A stretch of 64,000 nt of DNA from Lytechinus pictus (lineage: Eukaryota), in contig NC_087245.1 of assembly GCF_037042905.1 (NCBI RefSeq), forward strand, positions 1,426,001 through 1,490,000. Reading direction: 5' to 3'. A program made the position numbers and the translations under genes. Position 1 is the stretch's first letter, and each line of letters begins with the position of its first letter. Positions 1 to 14,400 of this stretch are shown in pieces. The notes under the pieces are model-generated. The model saw only the letters and a program-made list of their open reading frames with translations. It was not told where the DNA came from and did no database searches.

Positions 1-470
1 GGGAATTTAATTTATTATCATGTTACGTTTTTAGCGTGTAGAAGTTTACAAGATGACTGTCATATTAGGTTGTAATATGTATTCGTATATCTGTACATGG
101 ATATAAGCTGCTTTTTCGTATACATTGCGTTGTCATGTTTTATTTTTGTTGTTGTTGATTATTATTATTGTTAAAATCACTGGAAAAAAAAAGAAAAAAA
201 AGAAAGAAAAAAAAATGATTTGTATCAATATTTATGTCATTTCTGTTGGAAATAAATCTGAATCTGACTGTATTAGGTGTCTTTAAAATATTTTACCGGC
301 AATCATCCGTTAAACCGTTGTTTTTTTAATTATTTAACATTTTATGCGTTTATATAACATCGAAAATTTTAAAAGTGAGCTAAATAGTTTTAATAGTTTA
401 TAATGAATTTTCAAAAAATTACCTCATATAGCGCTTCATAAAAAATGGTCAATTGATTCAATGGACACAC

Positions 471-511
471 CATAGAGATATATATATGCGTAATTAATAT
501 ACATCTCTATG
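471..511. mobile_element. 41-bp minimal TIR element (CATAGAGAT...ATCTCTATG) with 8-bp TSD, P- or hAT-like
   Basis: GGACACAC at 463-470 and 512-519 flanks a 9-bp terminal inverted repeat. Confidence 0.75.
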
Positions 512-802
512 GGACACACACACAGCTGGTAGCCGTCTGTTTTTATGAGTCCCCTGTGTACGTGTACCTACAGATCGCGCTAAAACTTCGGTCTCTAGCT
601 AGCTAGCTCTGTATTTGGTGAGTCGAGCCAGCGCCAACGGAGTTCAGCGGAAGAACAACCAACATAACACAGAGACCGAAGCTTTTGGTCTAGGGGAAAG
701 CTTGCGCTTGATTTATATCCAGATATCATTACTCAACAATACCGTACTCATTCATCTAACTTGGAGACAAGAGGACGAAGGCATCGCTGAAAACAGAAGA
801 AT

Positions 803-859
803 ATGGAGTTTGAAGTTCTACATAAGTTTTGTGACAAAATTGGATTGCGTTATTGTGAG
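803..859 (+). CDS. MBOAT2: MBOAT exon 1 (MEFEVLHKFCDKIGLRYCE)
   Basis: ATG at 803, donor GAG|GTGAGG, phase 0 joins exon 2; the junction falls just before the conserved NF..CQ motif. Confidence 0.8.
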
Positions 860-3800
860 GTGAGGAGCCACCCTAAACTCCTGTATAACTATAAGCCCCT
901 AACCACTCATTCAATGAACAAGGTTATGATATAACCTTGTTCTCAGTTATAAAGGCATGTGTGGCAAAATAAGGATGGCAATGTTTGGCTTATTTTCTCT
1001 TTTTCTTTGGGACAAAAATCACAAATGCTTGATTTTTTTACACTGACAGTTTCCAATACACCTATTCGTCATACAACTTGGCCCTTAAGTAAATTTGATT
1101 CTTTAATATTATTTCTTTCTTAATTAAAAATGGAGATAAAAAATGAAAATTTTGTTGCCATATTAATTATTATTTTCCACAAATAGAGGGCGTACACAAA
1201 AAATGCCCAAAATCCAAGTTTTTGAGCGCTCTAGTGAATACAAAAATTATTTTTAAGTTACAAATGAAAAATAAATTGCAACTGTATGGAAATTAGTAAT
1301 TTTGGTCACAAAAGTGATATTTTAATCATTTTTTAAAGTGTGTGCTCTGCTCTGTACAGCATTGGCATGCCATAGTCCAACCTGTAGATTCCCCACAGGC
1401 AGGGTGGTTGCAGTGAACAAGTGCCCCTAACTAGTTATACAACGACCAACACGTAACGTAACAATCACTAACATCACGAGATAGCTCGGCCGGGAGCTCG
1501 GCTATGAATCGCCCTCGGCCTCGCATGTATGATGGGGGGACCTAAAGGCAAAGCTACGCACTTTGTTAACTAACGTCACGATAAAAACTTTGCCAATTTT
1601 AATATTTGAACACATTTTCCTTTACCAATTTGTGGTAAATATTCTAAAGATAGGGTGTCTGAAGCCACACTGAAAAGTGTCAGCATAAAACAGGCTGATT
1701 TAGGGGAAAATATGGCACATTTTTTCGGGGAAGTTCAGGCTACTAGAAAAATGTGATCTGAATTGATTATTAACTTGTGTTTGGCATGTATAGAAAGAAA
1801 ATTCAGGGGCTTCTTTTGACAGTAAGGACAAGTTTATATGATCATTTTAAATAAGGATTTAGAGATAAATTGCAAACCCTTATTTTTGTGTGTGTTGAGA
1901 TTGCTATTTCTCCATGCGTTTTCTATGGGAAAATTAAATTTCTGTTTTGCACAATCTTTTTCACTTTGCCGCAATTTTTCATTGTGATATAGGGTATTTA
2001 TATTGCGCACATATCCACCTTGTTAGGTGCTCAAGGCGCTCCTATATTACCAGGCTAAGCTAGGCGTTCATAGCGCTCACAGCTTTTTAAGGAATTACTT
2101 CCTACTGGTACCCATTTACCTCACCTGGGTTGAGTGCAGCACATTGTGGATCAGTTTCTTGCTGAAGGAAATTACGCCATGGCTGGGATTCGAACCCACG
2201 ACCCTCTGTTTCAAAGTCCGGAGACTGATCCACTGGGCCACAACGCTCCACGTGATCTGTGATCTGGTTTCCAAATCTTTATAAAAATCATACCATCAGA
2301 TAGGTCATAAAAAATCCTATTGGACTCTTTATGGACAAGTTTTTGGCATTAATAATAAATTTATAACAGCTCTCGGAAGCTAAAAATTTGGATTTGTGTG
2401 TGTCCATTTCTTAACTACACAGTCTATGGCAGAGAAATGCTGAAAATTGACCTAATTTCATTCTTCTTTTTTGCAGCCAATAATTGATTTTTTTTCAAAA
2501 ATGTTACATTTCTGTCAGTCTGAAGGTCATTTCTGTTCAAATTCACAAAGAAAATGTGATATTTTCTTGAAATAAGAAAAATAATTTTTTTCTCCAGACA
2601 CCCTACTAGTAAAGATCCTTAACCCTTTGCGTGCGACGGGCTTCCACAGAAGCCCAGCGAGTCGTTCACTTGGCTACGACGGGCTTCTACAGAAGCCGAG
2701 ATTTTTTTGGGTCTAATTCGATGAAGTTTTTCAGCTTTTTGGTAATATTTATGTACTAAAACCTCTGCCATTATTTCCTTCATAAACCTATTTCGATAAC
2801 AGAATGAAAAAAAAATACAGCTACGTGGGGAAAAATCCCGAAAATAGGAAATCATTTCAACTTTACCCGATTTTTTTCGTTGGATTCAGACGGGGACAAA
2901 TAAATTTTGGTGACGAGCACGTACGAGCGCGCAAAAGGCCTGATCACGTGATTAGTTCGGATCACGTGATTTGATCCATATCGTACACTAACATCTTTTC
3001 TGCAAGATCGTCACGTAATAAGCTACGCGTTTATTCACCATTTTCGTCTTATTATTTGTTTCATCAAGGAGATTTCACTCTAGAATGATATTTCCTCGGT
3101 TCATCGATCGATTGTATTTTCAGAAAAACAAAAAAGCGTGTACAAGAGTAATGTCTTAGTACTTTGAGCTGATCTCGGTGCACTTTTGAACTTTTCCACT
3201 CCCCATAATATAATCATCTCTCTTCTCATTATTTTCGTCTACTATTCTGTAAAAAAAAAGAGAGAGAAAAGAAAGCAGTTTAGCACACCATTCATCTTAT
3301 GCTCTTTTCAAAAGGGAAACGTCCATGTTTTTCATGATATCCGCACTACCCGAACAAAAGAATGTCAGGGCGGCCACTCAAACAAATTCCTTCCGAAAAG
3401 AGCAGGATACAGATGGTCAACGACCCGAACAAAAGGAAGATTAGTGTTTATCGAGAGGATGACTTATTTAATGCTTTTCGTACTTAGCAATACAAAAAGC
3501 TTTTATGAATACTTTTTATTTTATTTCGACCAACATACCGGAACTAAAAAAAACAAACTTTGTCTCATTTACCAACAACACGTAGGTGCTTATGACATCC
3601 GTCAGTGATTCAAAGCGCTTCCCTTTGGTGATGATGCATATAAGGATGAAAGAAGAACCATTTAGGGAAATTATAGGAAAAAAAATGTTCAGATGTCACG
3701 GAGAACGAGAGAGAATGAGAGACAGAGATAAAAGGGTTAATAGACAAGTGCGCTTTGCTAAAATCCATGAATATCCACTTAAACGAATAACAACATTTAT

Positions 3801-6800
3801 TTTTGGTTATAAGATTACTAAAAAAAAAATCCCACAACGTTTGTTTGTCAGTCCTCAGACCCTTGTCAAACTGATGACTTTTTATTATTATTCTTGTTTG
3901 ACATACCCCTTCCCCCTCCAGATAGAAATGTTCTGACCTGCACTCTAATATTGCGTTTGTCTCCTCTCTCTGAATTTCTGCTTTTTTCGCAAATATCTTA
4001 TTTTTTTAACCGGCGAAAAGCGTGGTAGAAAAGATTCATTTAGAAAAAAATCCGACCCACCCGTTTTTGTTCCCGTTACTGCAAACAAACATTTGGGTAG
4101 CTTACCCTGGTTAGCATCAAAACCAAAATATCTGATTTCTTACATAAAAAACAGGGGCCGCTGAGCGTTTTTGATAATGGAGGGGTTGAGCCGATAGTTG
4201 GAGGGAGTGGACTGGCCAAAAGAAAAATTACAAATTTATAGACTTCGGATTTTTTTGGACATGTTTGCTGAAGGGGTGAGGACTGAAACTTCCTACCAAA
4301 TCCGCCGCTTCTGTACTATTAGATTGAACGATTAAAACGATAGAGGCAAAAAATGAATTCTATAATAATAATATTAATAATATGCAACATTTATATAGAG
4401 CTTATTACAAATGTTTCTATTACTATTATGATTTGTTTTAATGATTTATTTATTACCATGATTACTTCATGTGTTTTGGGTTGTGAAATCAAGGAGACAA
4501 ATAAAAAATAGAACAAAACGAAAGAACGAATAAAAAACACTTTTAATTGCAGATGTTATAATTTATTCACAAAATAATTTCTCTTACTTTTAGTAGTTGC
4601 TAGCATGGCTCTTTTTGAGGGAAAGGTAAGATAAAGAAAGAAACGTAGAAAGTGACAAGGAGAGAGTCGGGAGGTATGATTTCAGACAATTTTAGTCACT
4701 CTTACTCGTGTAACTTTGAAATAATTTCAGGATATTACAAATCGAATACTGGTGCGCAAACTTCAGGAAGAAAATTATTTTACTATTACAATAGCTGCGT
4801 GGCAAATCGAATTAAATGAGACATATAATTTACGAAAATTTAAAAAAATGACTTTTAGTGAAAGATGGAGGCCTCTGTCTTGCCATATCCCTAAGCCCCA
4901 AGTTCACAACAAAAAAAATGATTAGTCGTGCATTTTCTTTTCGATAGATATCTACCCACATTATTGAAAATGGAAGATGATATAGAATTTATTGTGAAAT
5001 TACAGTTACAATAGTAGTTTTAAAAGGTTTTTCGGGACTTTTTTTGAGAATCTGGGAGAAAACCCCTCTAAATTTTCGACATGATGGCCACGATGCAATA
5101 GGATGAGAGGCTCACAAATGCAACAATCTCCGATCAATACAAGTTGGCAAAATCGAGGCATACTCTCGGAACGATTTCCGATGAAGAGAGAGAGTGAGAG
5201 AGAGGGGGGAGTATGTAAAATGACAGGTACTGAGAAGAAATAAATCAGAGAGAATGGATAGAGGGGGATGGGGCGGGTATATACCTCGTAATCCAAATCG
5301 GGGAGAAGGAAGACGATACATATATCATTTAAATGAGAAGAACTAAGAGAAAAAAAAGGTGTAGACGGGAGGGGATAAAGAAATACTTTAGATATAGGAA
5401 AGGGAATGAAAGCGGTAGATAATACATTCAGTTACAGGTTAGAAACCAGGGAAAGGGAAAACGAAAAAAAAAATCCCTTGGTACCGTTTTTAAATACATG
5501 TAGCCTACACTTTATATTGACAAATGCGCAATAACAAAAAAAAAAAATCCGCCAGTCACATAGAATGATTTAAGTAGCTTTCCAGTGCCCCTGGTTCACT
5601 TTGCTATTATTTTTGTCTTCTTTATATTTCAAAGGAAATAAACAGAGAATAAAGCAATTTAGAACACCGTTTACCCTCTACTCTTTCGAAAATGAAAACG
5701 TCCTTTTAGTTCTTGATCTCGGCACTCCTCAAACAAAAGAAAGTCATGGCGGACGCTCAAACAAATCCCTTATAAAAAGAGCAGGGAAACAAATAGCCAA
5801 CGCCCTGTATGAAATGAAGATTAGTGATTTCGTCAAGATGACCTACTGCTTTTCGTATTTAGCAGTACAAAAAGCTCTTAGGAATACTGCTTTTCATATT
5901 ACGACAGTAACATTTAAACAATGTTAATGTCTACTTGTTTATTGACAAAACATGCAGGCGCTTAAGAAATGGCAAGAACGTTTTCTTCTTGAGCATGACA
6001 GCACTTCATCAAAAAAGAAATACTTCGCCTTTTTGTTTACGTTTCCTGAAGGTGTAGGGGGGGGGTGACTGTCGCCTCCTACCGACTCCAACACCTCTGT
6101 ACTATTTAATTGAACGATTAAAAAGAAAGAGAGAAAACGGGATACAAATCTTTCATGATTTATTTATTAATTTTGTTTTCGATTGTGAAAAAACCCAGAA
6201 CGGCTAAAAAATGAACAAAACGGAGGAACATAATAAAGCACTTTTAATTTAGATGTTACAATTTCATGAGATGAAAATGATTTACTTTCTTTCATTGTGA
6301 CGAACAGTAGTCGGTAGCATGGTTATTTTGGATGGAAAAAGAAGATAAAGAAAAACTGAAACGCAGAACGAGACGAGGAGAGCGTTGGGAGGTATGATTT
6401 CAGATCCACTATATAATTTGAAACTTATTTACACCCTTCACTCTTTAAAATTGCAACGGAAAACATATCGAATACTGATATGTAATCTTCAGGAAAAAAA
6501 AAATGTTTTTTTTTAATACAAACCATAATTTATGAAAAGATACCAAAGACGATATTTAGTGAAACGTTGAGGACATCGTCTTGAAGCCCCCCAAAAATCA
6601 CTAAATAAGTTTCGGACTTCGTTGCGCGGTGTTAAATCATTATCATCGCACTTGCAAGGGAAAATTCGCGCTTTTTTATTCATTCTGGAAAATAAAGGTA
6701 TTTGGTATGCTGTGATTTCACCCAAAACGGATTATCGTTGTAATTATACACTTTGCAAATGATCTCTCTACAAGGAGGTAAACAGACAATTCATGAGTAG

Positions 6801-8403
6801 CGGGACAATAGGCAATGAAAAAAAGCACTAGAGCAGACAACAAAGCGGTATCGATCGAACCCGACCTGTCCGCGCGTGCTGATTGCCCTTACGCATTTTT
6901 GTACACAGTGCCTATTGACTTGGGGGAAAAGCGAAGATTTTACAATTCTGTTGATTTGAGAAGCGAAACCTGTATTTCTAGAAAGAAAAATGTCTGATCT
7001 TTCATCGTTACATTTACTAAAAATCCTGAAAATACATCAGTTTGGTGCAATTAGCAATTGATTGGGAAAACACCGCTACAGATCCAAAAACCAGCAATGT
7101 GCCAAAACGGCTCCGCCGCAGGGAGAGGTATCGGGATTCGCGGGTCCACACGCAAAGGGTTAACCAAGAAGAAAATATCAAACTCACTAACGTTAGGCCT
7201 AGTGGTAGTACACTAGACTAGTAGTAACTAGAGTAGAGTAAATGTGCTGCAGTTGAGACCCCCATTTTCACACCGGGGGGGGGGGGGGGGGGGGCCTATT
7301 TATCAATTAGATTCAGCAGAGCTGCCAATTGGTTGGATTTTTAGGAGGATTTTGAAGGTGGAATTGACACCAAATAGGATATTTCCCTTAGAAATAGGAT
7401 TATTGAAACTTGTAAGCAGGGTGCGACATAAGCGCTTGCCCGATTGCCCGGGGCAAGTAAAAGTTAGAGTCGGGCAAGTGTTTTGAAGTAAAGACAAAAA
7501 CTACTTGCCCGAATCGGGCAAGCAAAATTCTCACTGTGAAATGAAATTTTACAAAGTTTCCCCATACTTCACATGCAAAAATAAAGAGAGAGAAAAAAAA
7601 AGTTAACAACTTCCCTCAATTCAAATTGCAAGCCAGTTTGCGACATTTTTTGTGATCTACACACAAAAACACACACACAGAGTCAGCATACATACATGTG
7701 GCTGGTGCGCCCAGCCTCCAGCCTGTGTGGCAGGCATGCATGGATCTCCATGCTGCTGTGCACACCTGGGGAGCGTTTCATCAATATTTTCATCCGACAA
7801 GTTGTCAGATCTGACATCTTTCCTTGATTTTGATTGGCTGAGAGGCACTGTTCCTATGGTAAATGTCGGATAAAAGAGGACTTGTCGGATAAAACGTCCG
7901 ACAAGTCCTTTCATGAAACGCTCCCCCGTACTATCACCGATCAAACTCCGAATCAAAGTGAACAAGCTCACATGAAAAATAAATTTTCCAACAAAATAAT
8001 CACAAAATCGGCAGGAAATTTTTTATACTTATATGGATTCTCAGATTACTGATTTGGCGATGTGATCGGAGGAGCGAGTTATTGAGTTTTCATTACTAGT
8101 TTCAGCCGTTGTTTTGAGTGTTGTTGTGATCGGTCTAGTGGGAAGAAAGATGCGTGCAAGTCCACGATGCCGCGATGATTCATTTGATTTTTAAGTTTGT
8201 CAATGTTTCTCTGTGAAATTTTATTCATTTCTAAAACGTTTATTTTTCCAACAATTTTCAAAATATATTTTAAACAAATATCAGCAAGATTTTGTTAGAT
8301 GATTGCATTTTTTGTTTTGTTTCAAATTTGAGCTTTCTTCCTCTTTCTTTCTTTCTTTTTCTTCCTTCCGTAAGTAATCCTTACTTGCTACCTTCCTTCA
8401 TTC

Positions 8404-8436
<33 letters not shown>

Positions 8437-11400
8437 TTCCTTCCTTCCTTCCTTCCTTCCTTTCTTTCTTTCCTTCCTTCTTTCCTGTCTTTCTTTCTTT
8501 CTCTCTCTCTTCCTTTCTTTCTTTCTTTCTTTCTTTTCTATCCTTTCTTCATCCTTTATTTCCTTTCCTTTCTTTCTCTCTTTCCTTTCTTTCTTTCTTT
8601 TCTATCCTTCTTCACCCTCTCTTCTATCTTTCCCGCTTGCCTTTTTTGTTCCATCTATCTTTCTTTTCAATCTTTCCTAGCTTTCTTTCCTGATCTTTTT
8701 TCTCTCTCTCTCTCTGTTCATTTTTTTTCTTTCTTCTATTTTTTCTTTGCTTCATTCTCCCTTCCTGACCTTTTCTTTTTTTTCTTTCTTTCCTTCCATT
8801 ACTTTTTTTTTTAATTCTCTCTTCACTTCATTCTTTTCATCCTTTTTTCAATCTTTATTTTCTTCTTTCCTTCTCTTTTTCCTTATTCTTTCTCTCCTTT
8901 TTGCTATTTCCTTCCTGTTTCCCCCTTTCTTTCCGTCCGTCCTTCCTTCCTTCCTTCTTTCTTTCTTTCAAAAAATGAAGGAAATCTTTTTTCCTTCATT
9001 CTCTCTTTCATTCCTTTTTCTTTCCCCCTTTTTTATTTCTTTCCATTCTTTCTTTCACCCATTAATTCATTTCCCTTCCTTTCCTGTTCTTTTCTTTCCC
9101 TTTTTCTTAATTAATTCAAAGAATGAAGGAAACCTTTTTTTTCTGTCCTTTATTCTTTCTTTTTTCTCCATTCATCTCTTGTTTTTCATTTTTTTTCTCT
9201 CCTTCAATCTTTCCTTCACCCATTCTTTCACCTTCCCTTTATCTTTCTTTCTTTCTTCCTTCCTTGAAAAAAAAATTGCAAAGTACAATAGTTCACGTCT
9301 AAAGAGAGGAAAGGGGCAATGGTATATAAAACCATATTACTCTCTTTTGCAGCGGTGAAACATGATTTCTTTTGGGCAAGTGAAATGTATTTTCGGGCAA
9401 GTATTTTCCAACTATTTAGAAATTCACTTGCCCGACTGGGCAAGTGCTTCTAAAAAGTTATGTAGCACCCTGCATGTAAGAATGATTACTTTGGGTATGT
9501 TTTTCAAAATTTGAAAGAAAATTTTGATTTAGTGCTTGAAAATAGGATAAAAAGAAATGGAGAAGAGGATTTTTTCACAATTAAGGTGGCAGCTCTGGAT
9601 TCAGTGAAATAATTGATAAAAAGCTCATAAAAGCAGATAAATTGGAGAAAATATCAGTAAAGGTTTGATGAACATCTGTCAAATAGAAACTTGGACCTAC
9701 ACTACTACAACAGGACATTCAACGAATCCCCTCCAATGACGGTCGCTGCTAATCCTTTTATAAACAGAGGGAAACAGCCGACGCTCATCAAGCAGGCCGT
9801 AAAACACGCTGTCTCTGACAGGCAGCAGAAATCAATTGTGCGATTATCCCACACAATGCGATGTTGCTCGTTCACTTCCCAAAGCAATACGCACAGCAGC
9901 GAATGCTAGCGCTGTCAAAATGATTTGAGAAATCAGCCTTGCATTTACATATTTTTTAAGTACATCGCTTGCAACTGCTCACTGAATGCATTGCTATCAC
10001 TGAAGATCAGAATATTTACAACGAAATTGCAGCGAAATTTCGTCAGAAAATGTGAGGAAAGGCATTTAAAATCTCTAATTTTTGAAGAATCTTTACCTAG
10101 AAAGTCACACTTACCTTTGCTCGAAAGGTGATTTAGATATGGGCGTAAAATTCCACAGGATTGACAAAATTTATCTTGTTTTTTTGTGGTGATCATTCGA
10201 CAATCGCACGATATTAGTAGCATAATATCATGCACTGAAAACCGGAGCGCATTGCATTGTAGGTAACAATGAAGCAGGGGTTTTCCTGTGAACAGAACGC
10301 TCAGAGCTGGAGCAATGATCGTCTCTGGCCAAAAGAGGGCTGGTGAATTGTCAGTGACGATCAGCGGGTTTAAAAGAGCATTGTTTAAACACGCGCCATG
10401 GGCAAGGTTATAAAAACAGTGTAAAGAGAAAGTTAATTGTGTGACAGCAATTTTGATAGAGCTCTGAAAACAGGTGGTGGTCATAAAATTTGCTCGTTGA
10501 ATATCCCGTTATAGTAGGTACATGGTTATATTAAACTTGATTTTGTGATGTCACAGAACAGACGAGCTGCTGCAGCTCCTCCATAGTACCGGTACTCCAT
10601 CTGATATCCATTTATAAAAATGTAATTTTCTAGGAAAAAAAATTAAAGCAATTTCATTTCTGGCATTGAAATATCAGATACATCCATCTATGAGTATAAG
10701 AAAAAAAATATATTTGTCATATTCTATTAAAAATGGAATTTATGGAATTTTCATTACAATATATATGATATGTGGGGGAGCTGCCTAGCTGCTCACATGT
10801 GCCATCACAAATCAAATTTTTTTTTATTTCATAACTCTTTTTATTTGATGGATTTTCATAAAATCTTCATTTTTCTCTAATTTTTCTGCTTTTATGAAAA
10901 CAAACTTATTGACCAAGTAAACTTCCCCTTTAATAGAAACAGAACTTCAGAGGCACTTATATGCTTCACGTTTAAAAATGCAATGAACATTAAAACTTTA
11001 AAAAGATGTAGGCCTACATCATGTGTAACAATAAATTCAACTTACAATTTTCTTGAATTTCTTTTAAAAGGTGGTTCTGACATAGGGCCAGCCAGTGTCC
11101 TATCCAGATCGAACAGTGCAACGATCATTGAAAAACTTTAGGGGAAAGAAAATCAAACTTCCAGAGAATCCTCGAAACCTGGTTATGTATTTCAATGAAT
11201 CAAGGAAGCAAATGGTTTTCACAGAGCTTTTAGAGAGCTCTTTGATGTTTGATATGACGAATCGAGATGAGATGAATCAAGAATGTTTTGTAGCTTCCAT
11301 AGAAACCTTTGTCTGTATTTCATTCGGTTGTCTCGAATGCTGTCACAAGGGTGCAAGGTAGATGCATACAAATCTCCAAGGAGTAAGAGCTTACCTTGTC

Positions 11401-14400
11401 TCAATAAAAGACCCATAAATGTACTGAAAATAGAAATAGAAACATTTGGTCTTATTTGGGTGAGGCCCTCAAAGTTTTATATCAAGATCATGTTTGTAAT
11501 CACTCTGAAATCTCTTCCTTCAATTACTCTCATCAATGTTGGTTTATTTTGATTATCCATTCCAGGCCAATTTTGTGATGTGCCAGTGTCTGACGATGGT
11601 CTTCTCGTTTGTTTTCCGTGCCTATTGTGGACCATCTAAGGCTTCACCAACCACTCGCCATGCTGTATTTGCTGTGTTTGGTCTACTGTTGGCAGTGCAG
11701 GCTATAGGATGGTAAGAAATAATATTGACAGCTAGTCAACAGACTTGTAGCTTGCTGTTTTTGTCTCGCCTGCATAGCAGAGCGAGACTATAGGCACCGC
11801 TTTTCCGACGGCGACGGTGGCGGCATCGTCAACATTCAAATTAACCATGCTTAAGTTTTTGAAATGTCATCATAACTTAGATAGTATATAGACCTAGTTC
11901 ATGGAACTTAAGACATAAGGGTAATAAGTATTAATGAACATCCTGCCTGAATTTCAGGCCACATGACCAAGGTCAAAGGTCACTTTAATACGGTCAATGA
12001 AATTTAGCCATGTTGGCGGTATTTGTGGAATTGTCATCATAACTTTGAAATATCATGGATCTAGTTCATGAAACTTGGACATGAGAGCAATCAAGTATCC
12101 CTGAGGATCCTGTGCAAATTTCAGGGCACATGACGAAGGTCAAAAGTCATTCACGGTCAACGAACTTTGGTAATGTTTGGGGTATTTGTGGAATTGTCAT
12201 CATAAATTATAAAATGGATCTACATGTAGTTCATGAAACACAGATATAATGGTAATCAAGTATGAATGGTCGTTTTGCACGGGTCGTAGGTCACATGATC
12301 ATGGTCAAAGGCCATTTTGGGTCACTCAATAGACATGATACTATTTTATTATCATATGAATGTTTTCTTTTGTGAATAATTATTCAATAGCTGTTTTCAA
12401 AGTCAGCACTGCTGCTAAATCAAACCGTGTAGTGAAGGCGAGACTGCCAGAGGCGTTCCACTTGTTAGTTCATTGTAAAAATATTAGAAACCACATTCTT
12501 TTTATATTGTCATTCCCTCTCAATACCATTATGTAAAAGTCAATGATTTCAAGTAGAAATTATATAGCTGTCAGATCAAATGCATACAACCACCAGTCAA
12601 TGGCAGAAATAACATTTCTAGAATTTAGTAAGGGGGATAAGGGTACACTCTAGGAAGGCGATAGGGGCTTTCCTCCTAATGGTATTTTTGTAATGCTACA
12701 AACATCTGTATTATGTTTTTAAGAGAAGAGAAGTCAAATTCTCTTTAACAGAGTGAGATTGGTTTATTGATAGTTTGGACCAGAGGGAAGGACGGGGGTA
12801 GTTAGACTGGGAGAGGGGCCTTAATGTAACATCATTTTTTTTCTTTATTGTAAAATAATTGTGTTATAGAGTTACAATTCAAAGGTTGAAAGTATTTTAG
12901 AAAGAAAAGGTGATGATCATCTGACAGGTGGCACCCCTAATGGGAGAGAGTGCATTTTTTTTATAAAATGTAATTCCATGACTTTGTTGTATCTACCAGG
13001 GAGATCTTACACCTGTTACTGGTATCTACAGTTGGTTACCTGATAATGAACTTGATGAGTCCTCACATCATGCAGTACTATGCTTCTGGTTTTGCTATTC
13101 TTTACCTATCAGGAATTCACATATGGTTTATGATCATTGGTAGAGGTGTCAATAACTTTGATATTGTTGGGTAAGCTACATAACTTTAATACTTTCTTTT
13201 CTTTTCTTTAAAACAACTTTCCATTTAGGGTTGGTTCCCATTAGAGTTGAATAAAGCCAATACATATATTCTAAACTACGCCTGGGTTAAGAATGACGAA
13301 TGACATGCCTAACGCTTTCAGTATTTTAGTACAGGATAGAAGTTTTGAACGTGCATGCATATTCATGAATTTGTAATACTGGCATTTTCTTCAGAAGACC
13401 TTAACACTCATTTCATCCAAAAGATCTGATTGTATTGATTTATTTGTTTATGTCAATTTTCTTTGTCAAGGATAAAATATAACTTTAAGATTTTGGGATA
13501 TACTGTATCCTATAAATCTACATAAAACCAAGAATTAGGGATGTTTTATAATTTATAATCACATTCACACTATTTGGTGTTATGGTATTAAAGAGCATTA
13601 AATGAACTGCCACAAAATGTAATTTTTCTTTTTGGTAATTCAAATACTGTCGGCCAAATTGACTTTTTGCTACAATATGTCTCTGGAAGTAGTTATAACT
13701 CACTTATGAACACAATGCAGATACATTTGTAAATGAAATTTATTATTATGATTTAAGTTAGGATAATAAATTTTCCAGGACACACTGTAGAACCTTGAAT
13801 AGTAATCCCTTTCAGCAGCTTCAAAGCTATCCCGGGATGAACACATTATGTGTATCAGTGCGAGGTGCCATGAGTGAGGTATTAAGACTATTTGCACTTT
13901 AAAGATTGCACAAAGTACAATCAAATTCAACCAGAATATGCTGTTATGCTTTTGTTTCTTTACGTTGAGGGTTAAGTACAGTGATACCCAAATGAAGCAT
14001 GTAGTTCAGGAATTTATTATAGTCTTTGTGTCACTTCAAATCATTTACATTGATTCATTTAGAATTTATTATTATTTGAATTTCTTACCATATCAGACCT
14101 CTAATGGTTTTGACAGAGAAAGTAGGATGCCTTGCTTGGTCTGTACATGATGGTAAGAGTTCACTTTTTTATTACCATACATAGTAAATATACAAATACT
14201 ATGGCAAAATGGAAAGTTATAAACTTAGGCCATAGCTTACTTGAATCTAGAGGAGACAAATGATATTATATCATAATATATTCTATTTTTTCAGTGTAAA
14301 ATATTTGTTTGTATAAAGCTCTATCATATAGTTGGAACCGCTGATAAAGTTGTGATGAGCGATTCATACAAGTAATATACACTAGATCAAGAATGATCAT

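Larger units (their letters stand above)
7417..9472. mobile_element. Non-autonomous hAT-type element
   Basis: TIR CAGGGTGC(G/T)ACATAA; 8-bp TSD CTTGTAAG/CATGTAAG (7/8 match); subterminal CTTGCCCG repeats. Confidence 0.85.

Noticed and set aside
615..863. 82-aa ORF as the MBOAT N-terminus
   Set aside because: Non-ATG start and a different frame from the one that splices into exon 2.
2170..2249. tRNA genes suggested by A/B boxes (also 36690-36763)
   Set aside because: No convincing acceptor stem or cloverleaf, and they run into SINE body sequence.
3186..6997. Transposase ORFs within the piggyBac-type copies (also 57368-62535)
   Set aside because: Short ORFs with no DDD or Cys-rich piggyBac motifs; frames are broken differently in the two copies.
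8292..9358. F/L/S-rich ORFs of 133 and 203 aa
   Set aside because: Translations of a CT-rich simple repeat.
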